The notes beneath the pieces are model-generated. The model did not search any database. It saw only the letters and a program-made list of their open reading frames with translations, and was not told the origin of the DNA. The translations under genes and the position numbers were made by a program. DNA of 62,037 nucleotides, filler included, from Choristocarpus tenellus KU-1152 (lineage: Eukaryota; Protista; Phaeophyceae): NCBI GenBank assembly GCA_964200185.2. It is 8 parts of 8 records of this genome, joined end to end, with 100 filler letters (N's around TTAATTAATTAA, not from the genome) between each part and the next. Parts side by side here need not be neighbours in the genome. Positions count along the whole stretch, not along the records: positions 24,367 to 33,923 come from CAXNAD020003580.1; positions 34,024 to 41,326 come from CAXNAD020006374.1; 6 more parts are not named here. One strand, 5' to 3'. Shown piece after piece: positions 25,217 to 37,439 of the stretch. Within the stretch, counting starts at the first letter, position 1; the number at the start of each line of letters is the position of its first letter.

Positions 25217-28200
25217 GTTCGTACCTCTCGGATTGGACATGGAGTGACTCCCTTTGTGAAGCAGATTGATACCCTCGCTGCAGAGTACCCTGCTCAGACC
25301 AATTACCTGTACTGCACCTACCATGGGATGGAGGATGATGGTGAGAGAATAGGATAGGACGATTTATGGGGGGGGGGTGGGGGGGGTGGGCATAAAAAGA
25401 ATCTGGTTGTAATGGAGTATTGAATTGTATTCCGTTTATTTTGTAGAGCGGGGTGAGATACAGATGTAACTATGAGAAAGAGAGTGTGTTTGTGTTGTCT
25501 AGCTGTAACCCTTGCGTATACTGCTTGTTTGATATATATGGAGTGGATGGGAATTTTTGTTGTGAAGATGTTTTTTGTTTTATTTCTGGGTTTGTTTTTG
25601 ATTGCGGGGCTATTGTATAAGCATTAGAATGTATTTCACGTATGTAAAGGAGTTGTTAGTTGCGAAAGGCGATTGACTTGATGGTTCTCCCTATCATTTT
25701 TTGCCTGTTCCACGCGCTGCTCTTGTGTCCCCCTACGCATGAGGATGTGTTATCCCTGCTCATGAAAACTACACTAAGAGCAAAAGGACTGACTTTTTTA
25801 TTTTTATTTTTTTTAAATGTGATTGTTACACCAATCAACATCGATGATGTTTGTGCATTGTTTTTTGTGTTCTAAAAAGTGGGGGATGGTGAAGGAGGCG
25901 TTATGGTTCTTGGCAGTGGTACATATCGGATTGGAAGCAGCGTGGAGTTTGATTGGTGTGGAGTCAGTGCAATCCGTGCCCTGCGTGCTATGGGACAGAG
26001 GAGCACCATGGTGAGAGGTGGAGTAGGTTTTGCTGGGGTGTGTGATGGCGTCTGGGGCAGGTATATCCTGCAGTAGGAGAGGAGCAGCACAGATATTGAA
26101 TATGGAGGTGATGAAAAGAGTGGTGATAGTTTCTATCTCAGAGATGGTCCCTCCCAGCCATGGTGTATGTGTGTGTATATATATATATATGACTTTATGT
26201 GAAAGTATGACCTAGTTGGCGTTGTGAATAAATTTTTTTCTTACAGAGGGGATGTGTGACCTGCTTGTTTGTCTTAGAGATTCCTGTATGTGTGTGGGGT
26301 TTCATGCAGACCTATCAAACCTTTGTTTTTTTAAATGTGATCGCCTATTATTGCTCAGTTTTTGTTACATGTTTGTGTGGGAGGGTGCGTTTGTGTTTGT
26401 CCTTGGAAGGCGTGTTGATGCTTGATCTGTCCATTGTTTGTGGGATTATATATTTTTTAAGATCAAGTTGGTATGAAAGGCATTTGAAGTGTTGGTATGT
26501 CGATTTGAGGTATTGATACGTCAGATACACCTTTTTTATGTTCCGTCTGTGTTTTCTGAAACAGAGGTCTATGGTGGAAGTAAAACTGTATTTTGTGGTC
26601 TTTGAAAAGTATTTATTTGTGAGGCCCCTTTTTGTATGGTTCTGAGAATTGTTCTGAGAATCGGATTTTACGTCTTTCCATTGGTATCAATAGCATTTTA
26701 GTCTGAAGAGATTTATCTTCACTTCTTCACACCAAGCTACAAGTAGGATCACGGCCTTGGAATGGTAATACTCTATTGTATTGTTGAGGTATCGCAATGC
26801 CCTGCTTTTGTTGAGGTTGTGGCGATGTGGATGGACCTTCTTTGGCCAGTATCTTAGAAAAAAAACATAAGAATGTGGTAACTTCAACATGCCCCTACCG
26901 CGACCGCTCTCTCGCTGTCCAAGGTGAACTACAATCCGGAAACTGTGTCGACAGACTACGATGAGTGCGATCAGCTTTACTTTGAAGAGCTCAGTAGGGA
27001 AAGGGTCATGGACATCTATCAGAAGGAGAAACACAGTGGTGTGGTTGTCAGCGTGGGAGGACAGGCAAGACATGGGGGGGGGAGGGGGACTTGTTGGAGA
27101 TGCTGAGTGCTGAGTTCGTGTGGATTTTATTTATTTTTCTTTCAGGTATGATAAGTTTTTTTTTTTAGTGTTTGCCGAATATATTTTTTGTTCCCGTTCG
27201 TATCTCGTACGTTTTTTGTTGTTGTAAAGAGTTGTGCGTTTGAGTAGAGTGCGTTACGACATGGCTATGTCACCACAAGTACTCGCTTTTGACCTTGAAC
27301 TGGCTCTCCCCGAACCGTGCTTCTTTTTGTTGTTGTTTTTGTCCTTCATACCGTGGTGAACATGTTGCGTTACGTGATGATTACGGTAGATTCCAAATAA
27401 CTTGGCGGTACCTCTGTCGGAAGCTGGGGCGCAAATTCTTGGTACCAGTCCAACAATGATCGATACTGCAGAGGACCGGTGTGTATGAGAAGGGGGGGGT
27501 GGGAACAGGGGTACCAAGTGAGGTTCATCTCTCTGTTTCTTTGGTTGTAGTCTTTGGGTGTAGTCTGTTTGACGATAAGCTTGGAAATTTTCAGTGGGTT
27601 TTGCTGAGTAGAAGGTTGGATATTGGTGTAATGGGGTGAGGCTAACGGGGTTTGTTTTGTAACCGTAGAAGGTTTATATAAAGGATTTTGTTGGTTGTCG
27701 TGCCATACCTCTCAACTGAGGATCATCTGTCCCTGTTTGGTTTTGTTAGTGGGTAGTGCAGCGTTGTTTTTGGTTTCAACGGTGGTGATGATGATGTGAA
27801 GTGAGGTGAGAGGTGAGGTAAGGTGTATTTCAGGTTCAAATATGTTTATTCTATGATTTCTCTTCTGGTATAAAGATGATCCTGTTAGGCTTCAACGGTG
27901 ATAGTTGAACTGGCTCTTTTCCAAGTTGTCCCTCCTTGTTGGGTTTGGTTGAGAAGCTGTTTCTCAGCGTTTTTTTAGTTTACGATGTGCTTAGAGGGAC
28001 TGACGGGTATGGAGTACCAACTGTTGTGTAACTGTTGTATCAATTTGTTCTTGCAGTAACAAGTTTTCGGCGATGATCGATGAGATTGGGTTGCAGCAGC
28101 CCGCCTGGAAGGAACTCACCACTGTCAACAGTGCGCTAGGGTTTGCCACACAAGGTGCTTCCTTCCCCCCCCCCCCCTATCCCATCACATCCCAACGCCA

Positions 28201-29029
28201 CTGAGTTTTTCCAATTGGTTGTAATTTGTATTTTTTCTTAATCTTCATTTTTCTGTGCTTGTTTTGGTGGAGTTGGTTGGAGTTAGGTCCTGTTTTTGTT
28301 CTGTTAGTCTTGAGTGTTGTGTCCTGTCCAAGCATTTCTTGTGGTAGATGAGAGGAGGGGAAATGTAATGTTAATTGAGAATAGAAGAATAGAAGTGTCA
28401 AGTTGCACACAGTGTCTTTGGCAGGATGTTTCGTCTCTTATTTGACTTGACTTGACTTGACTTGATAGTGCTTGACCTCCCCGAAGTGCTCTGAGAGTGC
28501 TTGAATACTACTTCACAACCTTCATCATGGAGTCAAAGCAGATACTGAAGGTTTGCTCAAGATGGGGTTTGATTTTTGATACGCACAAGGTGTAGTAGTA
28601 ACTCTTCCCCCTGTAGGAATCACTACTCCCCCCCAGCCACCCCACCCCTCCTTATCCTCTCCACTTTGAGCTTCCCCTCTGACATGTTCCATGATTGTTT
28701 ACAACATGTGTGTGGTGTGTCAAGTGGGATACCCTGTGATGGTGAGGGCGTCGTACATTCTCTCTGGTGCTGCCATGAATGTGGCCTACAACAAGGAACA
28801 ACTGCTTCGCTGCCTGCACCAAGCTGCTGATGTGTCCAAGGATCACCCTGTGGTCGTGTCTAAGGTGCTTTGTTGTGGAAAGAGATGTGTTGTGATATAT
28901 TGGGGTATTTATTTAGGAATGTTACGTGCGTGTGTGTATGTGTTATTACTATGGGGATATGTGTTGTGTATGTATGTATATAGGTATTATACTCGGGTGT
29001 GTATTGGGTGTTTTGCATCCAAATTAGAA

Positions 29030-29064
<35 letters not shown>

Positions 29065-32000
29065 TGAGTAATGGCGTGACATCGTGGTACATTTTTTGTT
29101 TCTTCACAGCTAGTACCTGGTACAGCGAAAGTGTCGGCATGTGTCATTGTAAGAATAATTAATTTTTATCTAATGTCATTGCTTTCAGTGTGTAATTTAT
29201 TGGTTCTTAGTTTATCATTTTATTTTTAATCGCTACGTTAGTGACAAAAAAGAACATAACCCCATAGCCCTTCCTTCCGTTAAAAAAAAATAATCATCGC
29301 ACACCCAAGATGGCGCCACGCCAGTATGTATTGTAATAGTATTTTACTCCTGCTTTCAACACAAACCACCGCCGCCCAATGTACAGTTCATCCATGGTGC
29401 CAAGGAGATTGAGATGGACGGTGTGGGGCACAATGGAGAGGTCATTGCAGCAGCAACCCACATCCATGTTGAGAATGCAGGAGTTCACTCGGGGGATGCT
29501 ACCCTCCTCCTGCCCCCCCCAGCGGAGGACATGTCTCCGTACATGTTTCACAGGGTGCAGGTGGGTGTCAACAAAATATGATAATAATAATATATAAAAC
29601 CAAAAAAAGAGTTGTTGGGCTGGTGATTTTTGTTCTGAATCAGAGATTCCTGCCAACCAGATATTTGGGGGGATTGGTGGATTGAGATGATGTCACATGG
29701 TATACTTACTACCAATATACAATTTTAATAGTTGTGACAGTTGGTACATTCAATAGTTCATTGCATTTGCTAGTTTCCTTTACGGAATTTGTCACGCATG
29801 TTTTATCGATGTGTTGACAGTTACAGCAACTGTCAACGAAGGGATTAGAAGGGGTCTGAGGACCTGTGGGAGGGGGAGGGGGGGGGGGGAGTGTTTTGGA
29901 AGTTATTATTTTTTCTATTTTGGTGAGGTTTCGGCGGGGAAGTGAATCAATGTGTTGAGTACTGTATGTATCTATGCTTCCTGATCTTATTCATTGTTTC
30001 TTTTTTTTCTGTTTGTGTGTTTATTGTCGGTTCTTTTTTTTTTGCTCTTCACCTTTTGATGTGTATGGACACTGTTCCTTGTGGATTGTGGGTGTGTGAA
30101 GGGTGTTCATTGCCATCGGTATAGAGTTTGCCTTATGTCTTGTCTTGTTGCTTTGTTTTTTCTAAGGGAGAAAGGTTACCTTTTTTTTTGTTGAATGCAT
30201 ATCACTGTTCTTTGTGCGCTATTTGTTTATCTCTCTTGTTACACACTCTCCCCCACCCCCTCCCACATCAAATACCATTTTTTTTTCATCTTTGTTGAAC
30301 TGTTGTATTTGGTAAAATGAATGTACAACCAATGTGTGTGTGAGCAGGAAGCGACTGAGGCTATCGCGAAACGTTTGAACATCACGGGACCTTTTAACAT
30401 CCAGTTCATTGCCAAGGGTACGGATTGCATGGTCATTGAGTGCAACCTCCGTGCCTCGAGGTCCTGTCCCTTTGTAAGCAAGACCATGGGCGTGGACTTC
30501 GTTGAGGTGGCCACAAAGGTGAGGTTGAAGGTTTTATTGGGGGTGTTAAGGGGGTGGGGGGGGGGAGTTGTTTCCTTCACAAGTGTTTTGATAGATATTT
30601 TTGTTAGCACTTCATCGATAAAATAAAATAAATGTTCTCGCTTTAAATGAGGAATTGCCTTCATCTTAAGGATATAATTTGTTTGGTAAGAGTGTGCGTG
30701 TGGTTGACACATCCTTATCACTTGAAATGCCTTCGTTATGCTGACTTTACTGATATGGGTCACTTGAATTGTTACTCAGGGTGGTCTTTGGGGTCATGAC
30801 TGTGTGAGTTGTTTGAAGGATGAAGTGTGTGTGTGTGTTTTTGTTTCATTGATTGCATGCTTCAAACCTTTCTTGACTTCTTTCCTGGTTGTGCATTTCT
30901 GATATTTCAAACAGTCCAATATTTTGTGAGTGTGTTTGATCGTAGAAGGTGTTGCTGAGTGGGAAGAGACTTGGTAAGTTTTAATTTTATTGATGTGTAT
31001 GTGGCAATAATGCTTATGTTCCTCATCCACCTCCCCCTCCCCTTTGTACTTGGTTCAATCAGGCTATGTGTGACAGCAGTTACGAGGACATGAACGCACC
31101 CAAGCTCTACGACACTGGGAGGCCTCAGGGATATGTTGGGTGCAAGGCGCCTATGTTCTCCTTCACTAGACTGAGGTACATGTTGATCACAAAGCACTGC
31201 CCTGCCTTTGTCTCACCTGACCCCACCTTTGTAGACTGTTCTGGGTATATATGGTGGACTCACGGGCATGGCACCTGAGTTTCCTATGCATGTTGCTATC
31301 TCAGATTTTTTAAAATATTTTTGTTAGGCTGTATGTCTCTCTGTATATATCTTACCTTTTTTTCTTTATGTAACTGTCATCACTTCACCTTGGATAGCCC
31401 CCACCCTCCCTCTTCAACAAATTACGCTCGGGAAATGATCCTCCATTTGTTGGTGTGTGTGGTGTGCAGGGGTGCTGACCCCGTGCTGGGGGTGGAGATG
31501 TCATCCACAGGAGAAGTGGCATGCTTTGGAGCAAACAAGGAGGAAGCTTTCCTCAAGGTGATCGAGTACGTGTTCTGGTGGAGAGTGGGTTTCTTTGTGT
31601 GGACTACTACTTCATGTACATATTCTTTGTGCTCAGTACCATTGTCAGATTGTACCACCGTCTGTCTCAAGGGCACTGCTATTGTACTTCGGGTGTTCAT
31701 AGTGTTTGATGTTGCATACGTCAGACTAGGCAGCACAAAAATACGACGTAGTGTGTGTGTGTGTGTGTGTGTGTGTGTCCTGGGCATGAAACAATGCGGA
31801 AGTCATTGCATGTACCCACCCCGCTGACGTGACAATCCCGCTTTCGTCCCGTGTTGAGTCCTGTGTTACTCTCACCTCTCCCCTCTCACCGCTGCTCCAT
31901 GCGATGCCTGTCCCGGATCAGGCGCTCCTGAGCACGGGATTCAAGATCCCTGAGAAGAACATCCTCCTGTCTGTGCAGCACAGCATGTTTGACGACATAG

Positions 32001-33106
32001 TCCATGTGGGGCACGACCTGCACAAGTTGGGGTACAACCTCTTCGCCACGGAGCTCACGCACGACTATCTAGAGGACAAGGGAGTGCCGTCGACCTTGGT
32101 TCGCTTCCCCTCTGCACAGGGCACCGCTCCCAACGTGGTGGACCACCTGCGTGAGAAGAAGATCGACTTGGTGATCAACCTCCCCACTCACGAGAGCAAG
32201 ATGTTGGAGGATAACTACGCCATTCGCAGGACCGCGGTGGACTTTGGCATCCCTCTGCTGACCAACTTGCCATTGGTGAAGCTCTTCACTGGAGCTGTTA
32301 CCATGCACAAGAAGAAGGAGCTGGTGGGGCTTACCCCCGACAGTTTGTTCGACTACTACAGCAGGGAAAAGCCCGAGGAAGCATGGTGGGTTATTTAGCG
32401 TCTGATTGGTGTTGTTGTTGTCCCGTGTTTGCTGTGGTTGTGATTGTGTGTGATATTATAGGGTGGTGGTTGTTGGGTGGATGTGCTGGGGGTGGTGTGG
32501 TGTACCTCTCGGCTTTCGGGGGTAACCTAGTAACGTAGTAACCTAGTGTATGCTGGTGAGTGGTTTCTGTGTAAGGTGTGAGTTGAAGGGAGTGTCGGGC
32601 AGGTAGGGTCAGGGGTTGTGCTTACCTAGATGAAAAGATTGAGATATTGCTCCTGTGTCCAGTGTATGCAGCAGGTATTTGAAGGTTGGGGGGAAGTGTG
32701 TGAACTGTCTAACACCTCGGGTCCTCTCCAGCTTGTGAACGAGAACGGTCTGTTGAGGGGTGACAGATTTCCTTTGACCCACTTCAAGGTCTTACACTTC
32801 AGTACACAATACCAGTGGACCCAACACTTCCATGAGGAGAATCTGTAACCCAAGTGGTGTAGAGGGGTGTATGCTCCCCCCCTTCCCCACCACTCCTCAC
32901 GAATGCCTCTTAGATCTAAATCACAACTAGTAATGTCTCTTCAAGTTTTGTTTCATGTCCATATCCATGCACACACCCTGCACTACATTCACGCCCTCTG
33001 TGTTCACCCCTCCCCCCTGCTGCTGCTTCTGCTGTGGGCCATTCATGATGTACATCCTTCCATGGTACTTGAAACTGTCAGGACAAGCGAGAAGGAGTTC
33101 CACTGA
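25217..33106 (+). CDS. CPS: Carbamoyl-phosphate synthetase, C-terminal half (second ATP-grasp + MGS-like domain); 5' exons not visible in the window
   Basis: Phase-consistent exons 25217-25340, 25880-26010, 26924-27064, 27390-27478, 28057-28154, 28725-28864, 29387-29560, 30348-30518, 31063-31175, 31470-31557, 31922-32385, 33082-33106. They splice to classic CPS motifs: [105 protein letters not shown]. All introns are GT-AG except one GC-AG. Confidence 0.95.
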
Positions 33107-34549
33107 TTGACTTGAGTCTTGCTCTGTGTCCTTTAGTGTATGTTACTAGTGGGTCTTCTAGGTAGCGCTGTTTGTGTTTTTTTACTTTGTGTGTGCGGTG
33201 CATTTTGGTGTTGGTGAGGTTATGGGAGGCGTATGATGAGGTAGGAATGGTTACGGCTTCTTGGTGTCCTGGTTGACTCATGTCTCTAATGGGTAATTGC
33301 AAAGGTCACCCCTGCAGGAGCTGGAGATGTTGAATGTGCTGTGCATGAAGGCCAGAGTGATTTCTGTGGCATTTAGGAGTTTGGAGCGTGGGGAGGGCAG
33401 CGAAAGTCTTGAATAGATTTCAGTGTTTCCTCAGGTGCCAAGTGGGGGTCAGAAGGGCATGCTCAGGCTGCTCAATGTTAGATATATTTTATGGTTTTAT
33501 GTGATTAGCAGGTTGGATGCCATTGTTCGTGATCGATGTCCTAGTCTTCTGCCCCTCATGATCCTGTGAGGCTCGGAAACACTGTAGGCAACTCTTTGAG
33601 TTTGGGCCCCACCCTTTATACCAAAATGGAAGGAGGGTACTCTCCTTTGTCGCCTAGTGAATATTGAGTAGAGGATACAATAATTTTTTTGCTTTTGTGC
33701 AAACAAGCCTTCAAAACTCTCTTTTTTTGGTCATACTCACTTGAAGATGTGGTGATTCGATGTGAGGTAAGAGATGTGTGGTACGATCTTCATGAAGTTT
33801 GCCATACGTGGTACAAAACATTTCAGAGGGTAGGAGATTACCCATGTTTGTCCGTCTGGGGCTTGTCTTCCCACGGGGTTTTTATGTCCCTTTTTCGGTT
33901 TTGGCTCAATGTATCTGGGGGGGNNNNNNNNNNNNNNNNNNNNNNNNNNNNNNNNNNNNNNNNNNNNTTAATTAATTAANNNNNNNNNNNNNNNNNNNNN
34001 NNNNNNNNNNNNNNNNNNNNNNNCTGACACATCTGCAAAATGTCAGAGGGCATAATAATATAAATAATATGTAGGTGTTTATGAACATACGTATAAAGTT
34101 AAAGAATTTGACAATCAAGTGAATGAATGATAAGATGATTGGTTCATTCAAAGACTCTTGACTTGAGTTTGTTCTCTTGAAGAATATGCAAGCTTTTGAA
34201 CATAATAAAGTAAGAATTTGACAACTAGATGAAGAATTGGTATAAAGTTCAAAGTTCCAAAATCGAAGACCAATGACGTCATGTATTCGTACCAAGCTCT
34301 TGATTTCGTTTTCTTCGAGAATGTGTATTAATGTGTAAGAATTTATCTTAATGATACAAAGTAGGATTGGACAACTTTGTTGGTTGTTGTCTTTTATGAC
34401 AAATTATGAGGTCATGGCTTCATGTAAGATTGACTCTTGCTTTTGTTGTGTTAAAGAATGTCTAGAGATTTGAACATAGTTCTAAAAAATATAAGATTGC
34501 ACAACTCTACTTGATTGTTGTCTTGTCTGAGGTTGTACATGTGTTGTTC

Positions 34550-34818
34550 ACCCGCATCCTGTCGCGAGAGAGCTTGGGTTCGAATCCCGGTCGCATATCT
34601 CAGATTTTCCCGGGAGGAAAGTACGTTGGGAAGGTACACCTATACCATACTAATCCTATACCATACTAATACTATCACTACTAACTTCCCGTAAACCACA
34701 ACATAGAACAACCGGAAAGATATGCGGATCGGTTGGCCAAGATTCATTGCCGACTTTGATGGAGGAGCGGAGAGACGTGTGAGACAGCTGACCTGACATG
34801 CGTATGGGATAATAATAC
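34550..34818 (+). mobile_element. Probable tRNA-derived SINE, 5'-truncated
   Basis: Perfect Pol III B box GGTTCGAATCC (~34576-34587) in a context resembling the 3' half of tRNA-Asp (CCTGTC.CG...GGTTCGA.TCCCGGTCG); unrelated body; ATAATAAT tail. Confidence 0.5.
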
Positions 34819-36765
34819 AATTAGATGTGATGGAAGAAATAGTGCAGTGTCCACTGTCTGATGATCATGGTTGAACGAGGTAGGAAGGTAGTGGAGAAGT
34901 TGTCCAGACTAAAGTGAGAAAATAAAAATGATAAATAATATAATAATGAGAGGGGAAGAGGGTAGAAATACGACTCTTTATTTCGTTGTGTGAGAATGTA
35001 TAACCATTCCTTGTGGTTCGTTGGTTAAGGCTACCCACAAAAAAATTAGAAAAATCAGGGGGGTTGAACCCCATCGACGGCAGTTTTCTTTTCAGGAAAA
35101 TCTGGTTTTCGTTATGATATTCCATTTGTCAAGCACAGCAAATTGTACTCCTCTCTCTATACTATCCCTCTCTGTATTACATAATAAAAATACGAACATC
35201 AATGTGGAACATACTTGTGTCGCAACTCCATAATAATAAGAAGATTGGAGGGAGGAGACGGATAAACGATTGTCGAGGAGAAAAATACGGAACCTATCAC
35301 ATGAGAATCAAGGGAGGAACAGAGCCAGTCCAGTTGGTCGTGGTGCAAAGGTTAGTCGTTACCTAGCGTGAGAAGTAGTAGTGTGTGTAGTGCCTCTGAA
35401 AATGGGTCGGGATCATCTCCAAATAATAATCTGATGCAAAATCAATAAACCATGGAAGTAAGGGATTTGAATATACTAGTATAAAGTATAGGATCATGTG
35501 AAAGGTAATGAGGTTCTGGTCAATATCACGATTGGCCGCCGATGACACGATACATTTTAATTGAAGTACGAGGGAATTGCACAATTGAAGGTGGGCGTAA
35601 GAAGCCCCTCTCTGATACTATTAATCCCTCCACAAGAACTGAAAATACGAGATTCGACCAATAAAAACAAATTTGAGAAAATATTTTGAGGCGAGGTCCA
35701 GTCAGTCGCGGGGGGTGTATGGAATCACCAGTTTTGTCACGGTAGGGTGCTTTCAGCAAACCCAAAGTTCTCTCATCCATCAAATCTCGAAAGAAGTCTG
35801 CATGGAATTCTCGGATCCGACGGGTGACGGTCACATCCTTGTGACTATCAACGGCAAACGGTATGAGGATTCTTAAGACTTCTCTGTGTTTGATGTTGAT
35901 GAGAACATCACCAATGACAAAAAAATGTGCGCGCAATGCACTACTGTACTTATGTGTGCGCCCTGGTGTGGATAGGACTAAGATCGGCTCCCAACGGGGA
36001 CCTGTCCGTCACAAAAGTCTTTTTTTCGTACACTAAAACCAAGCAATTCGACAAGGGATTGCACACACGATATAAAAGTGGAGGTGGAAGGCCACCATTT
36101 GTGACCCTGTTAAATGTATTCGATTTGAAAATTGATAAGTAGTACAAGATATGATCTAACAATGAAGACACCCAAATATAGGTCGTGGCATTTCGATATG
36201 GATGGGTGTCGCTATTTGTTTTGCACCAATTAAATATATATTATTATGTGCCATCTCTGAGATTTTGTAGATGTGTCAGAGGAAAAACCAATCAAAACCA
36301 TTAAAATGTCAGCATAACCCCTAAAAAAGTAACAGTTGTAAATGAGAAAGACACTAATCTATTTACTATTTTACTACCATTTATGGTACTTTGTTGGCCT
36401 CCTGTGCCTCCAACCTAGCTCAGTCCGATTGATCTTCCTTCTTTGAGAAATTAGGGTTTATCAGAAAATACCTCAAAAATATTTGTGGTGTGGTCATCAT
36501 TCTTGACAACTTATTCTGATAGAATACAATCTGAATTCATATTTTTGATGAATCAAACAAGTTATGACTCCTGCAATTCCTCCAGAAAAAAATAAAGTAT
36601 CATGTTTCATTCAATTCAGGTTTCAACATGTCCATCCATTCTCCTTCCTCGCATTCTGACAGCGATTGGAATATTGCTCACAACGACTACAATATTCTAA
36701 GTGGACAACTCGGAGGTACGATGTGTTGGTGGTTCCACTCTCAAAACGATATGAGGTAACAATCA

Positions 36766-37162
36766 GACCCGAAGTATCTGGGAGGGGGGGGGAACTACAC
36801 CAGAGTGTCCATTTGGACCAAAACAAGGAAAAGTGCACTTTAACTATCCATCCAACTCATGGAACCAAATCACCCAAAAATCGCGACATCAAAATTTGGT
36901 CCCAAATGGACAGCCCCCACCCCTCCCAGATACTTTGAGCCATCAACTGGTATCTAAACGCGCTCCTCTTATGAAGATGACCCAAAGTATCTGGGGGAGG
37001 GAGGGGGTCTATACACCAGGGTGTCCATTTGGGACATAACCAGGAAAAGTGCACTTACATTATCCATCCGACATATGCAACCAAATCATATAAAAATCGC
37101 GACGTGGAAAAATTGACCCCAAGTGGACAGTCGCCATCCCCCCTCCCCAGATACTTTGAACC
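36766..37162. mobile_element. Two adjacent family A MITEs (36766-36941 and 36979-37162)
   Basis: Both have complete TIRs; flanks ATCA/ATCA and AGAT/AAAT. Confidence 0.85.
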
Positions 37163-37439
37163 AAATGGCTTGGTAAATGCGAACAATACGGTAGGCCATT
37201 ACGAGGGAGAAAAAATCCATATCTGGTGATGGGGTGACATTGGGGGATTGAAAATACCTCAAATAAGGTCCTTGCGCAATTGCTCCTTGTCCAATAGTAG
37301 GGAACACAGTAGTGGAACTAGTAAATAGCTCGTGATCACTTTCGACGGGAGTTGCTTGGTTAAGGTTAGAAGCAGATACCTCATATTCCTTTTGAACATG
37401 CGTGGTAAATGCATGATTAACCATTGGGTATACTACGAC

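Noticed and set aside
31829-32398. ORF-track 189-aa protein as a stand-alone gene
   Set aside because: It is the penultimate CPS exon with intronic read-through at both ends.
34030-34530. hAT dimerisation-domain remnant on the minus strand
   Set aside because: Resemblance too weak to separate from chance without a profile search.
34550-34600. Functional tRNA gene
   Set aside because: No A box, D arm or acceptor stem; only the 3' half is tRNA-like.
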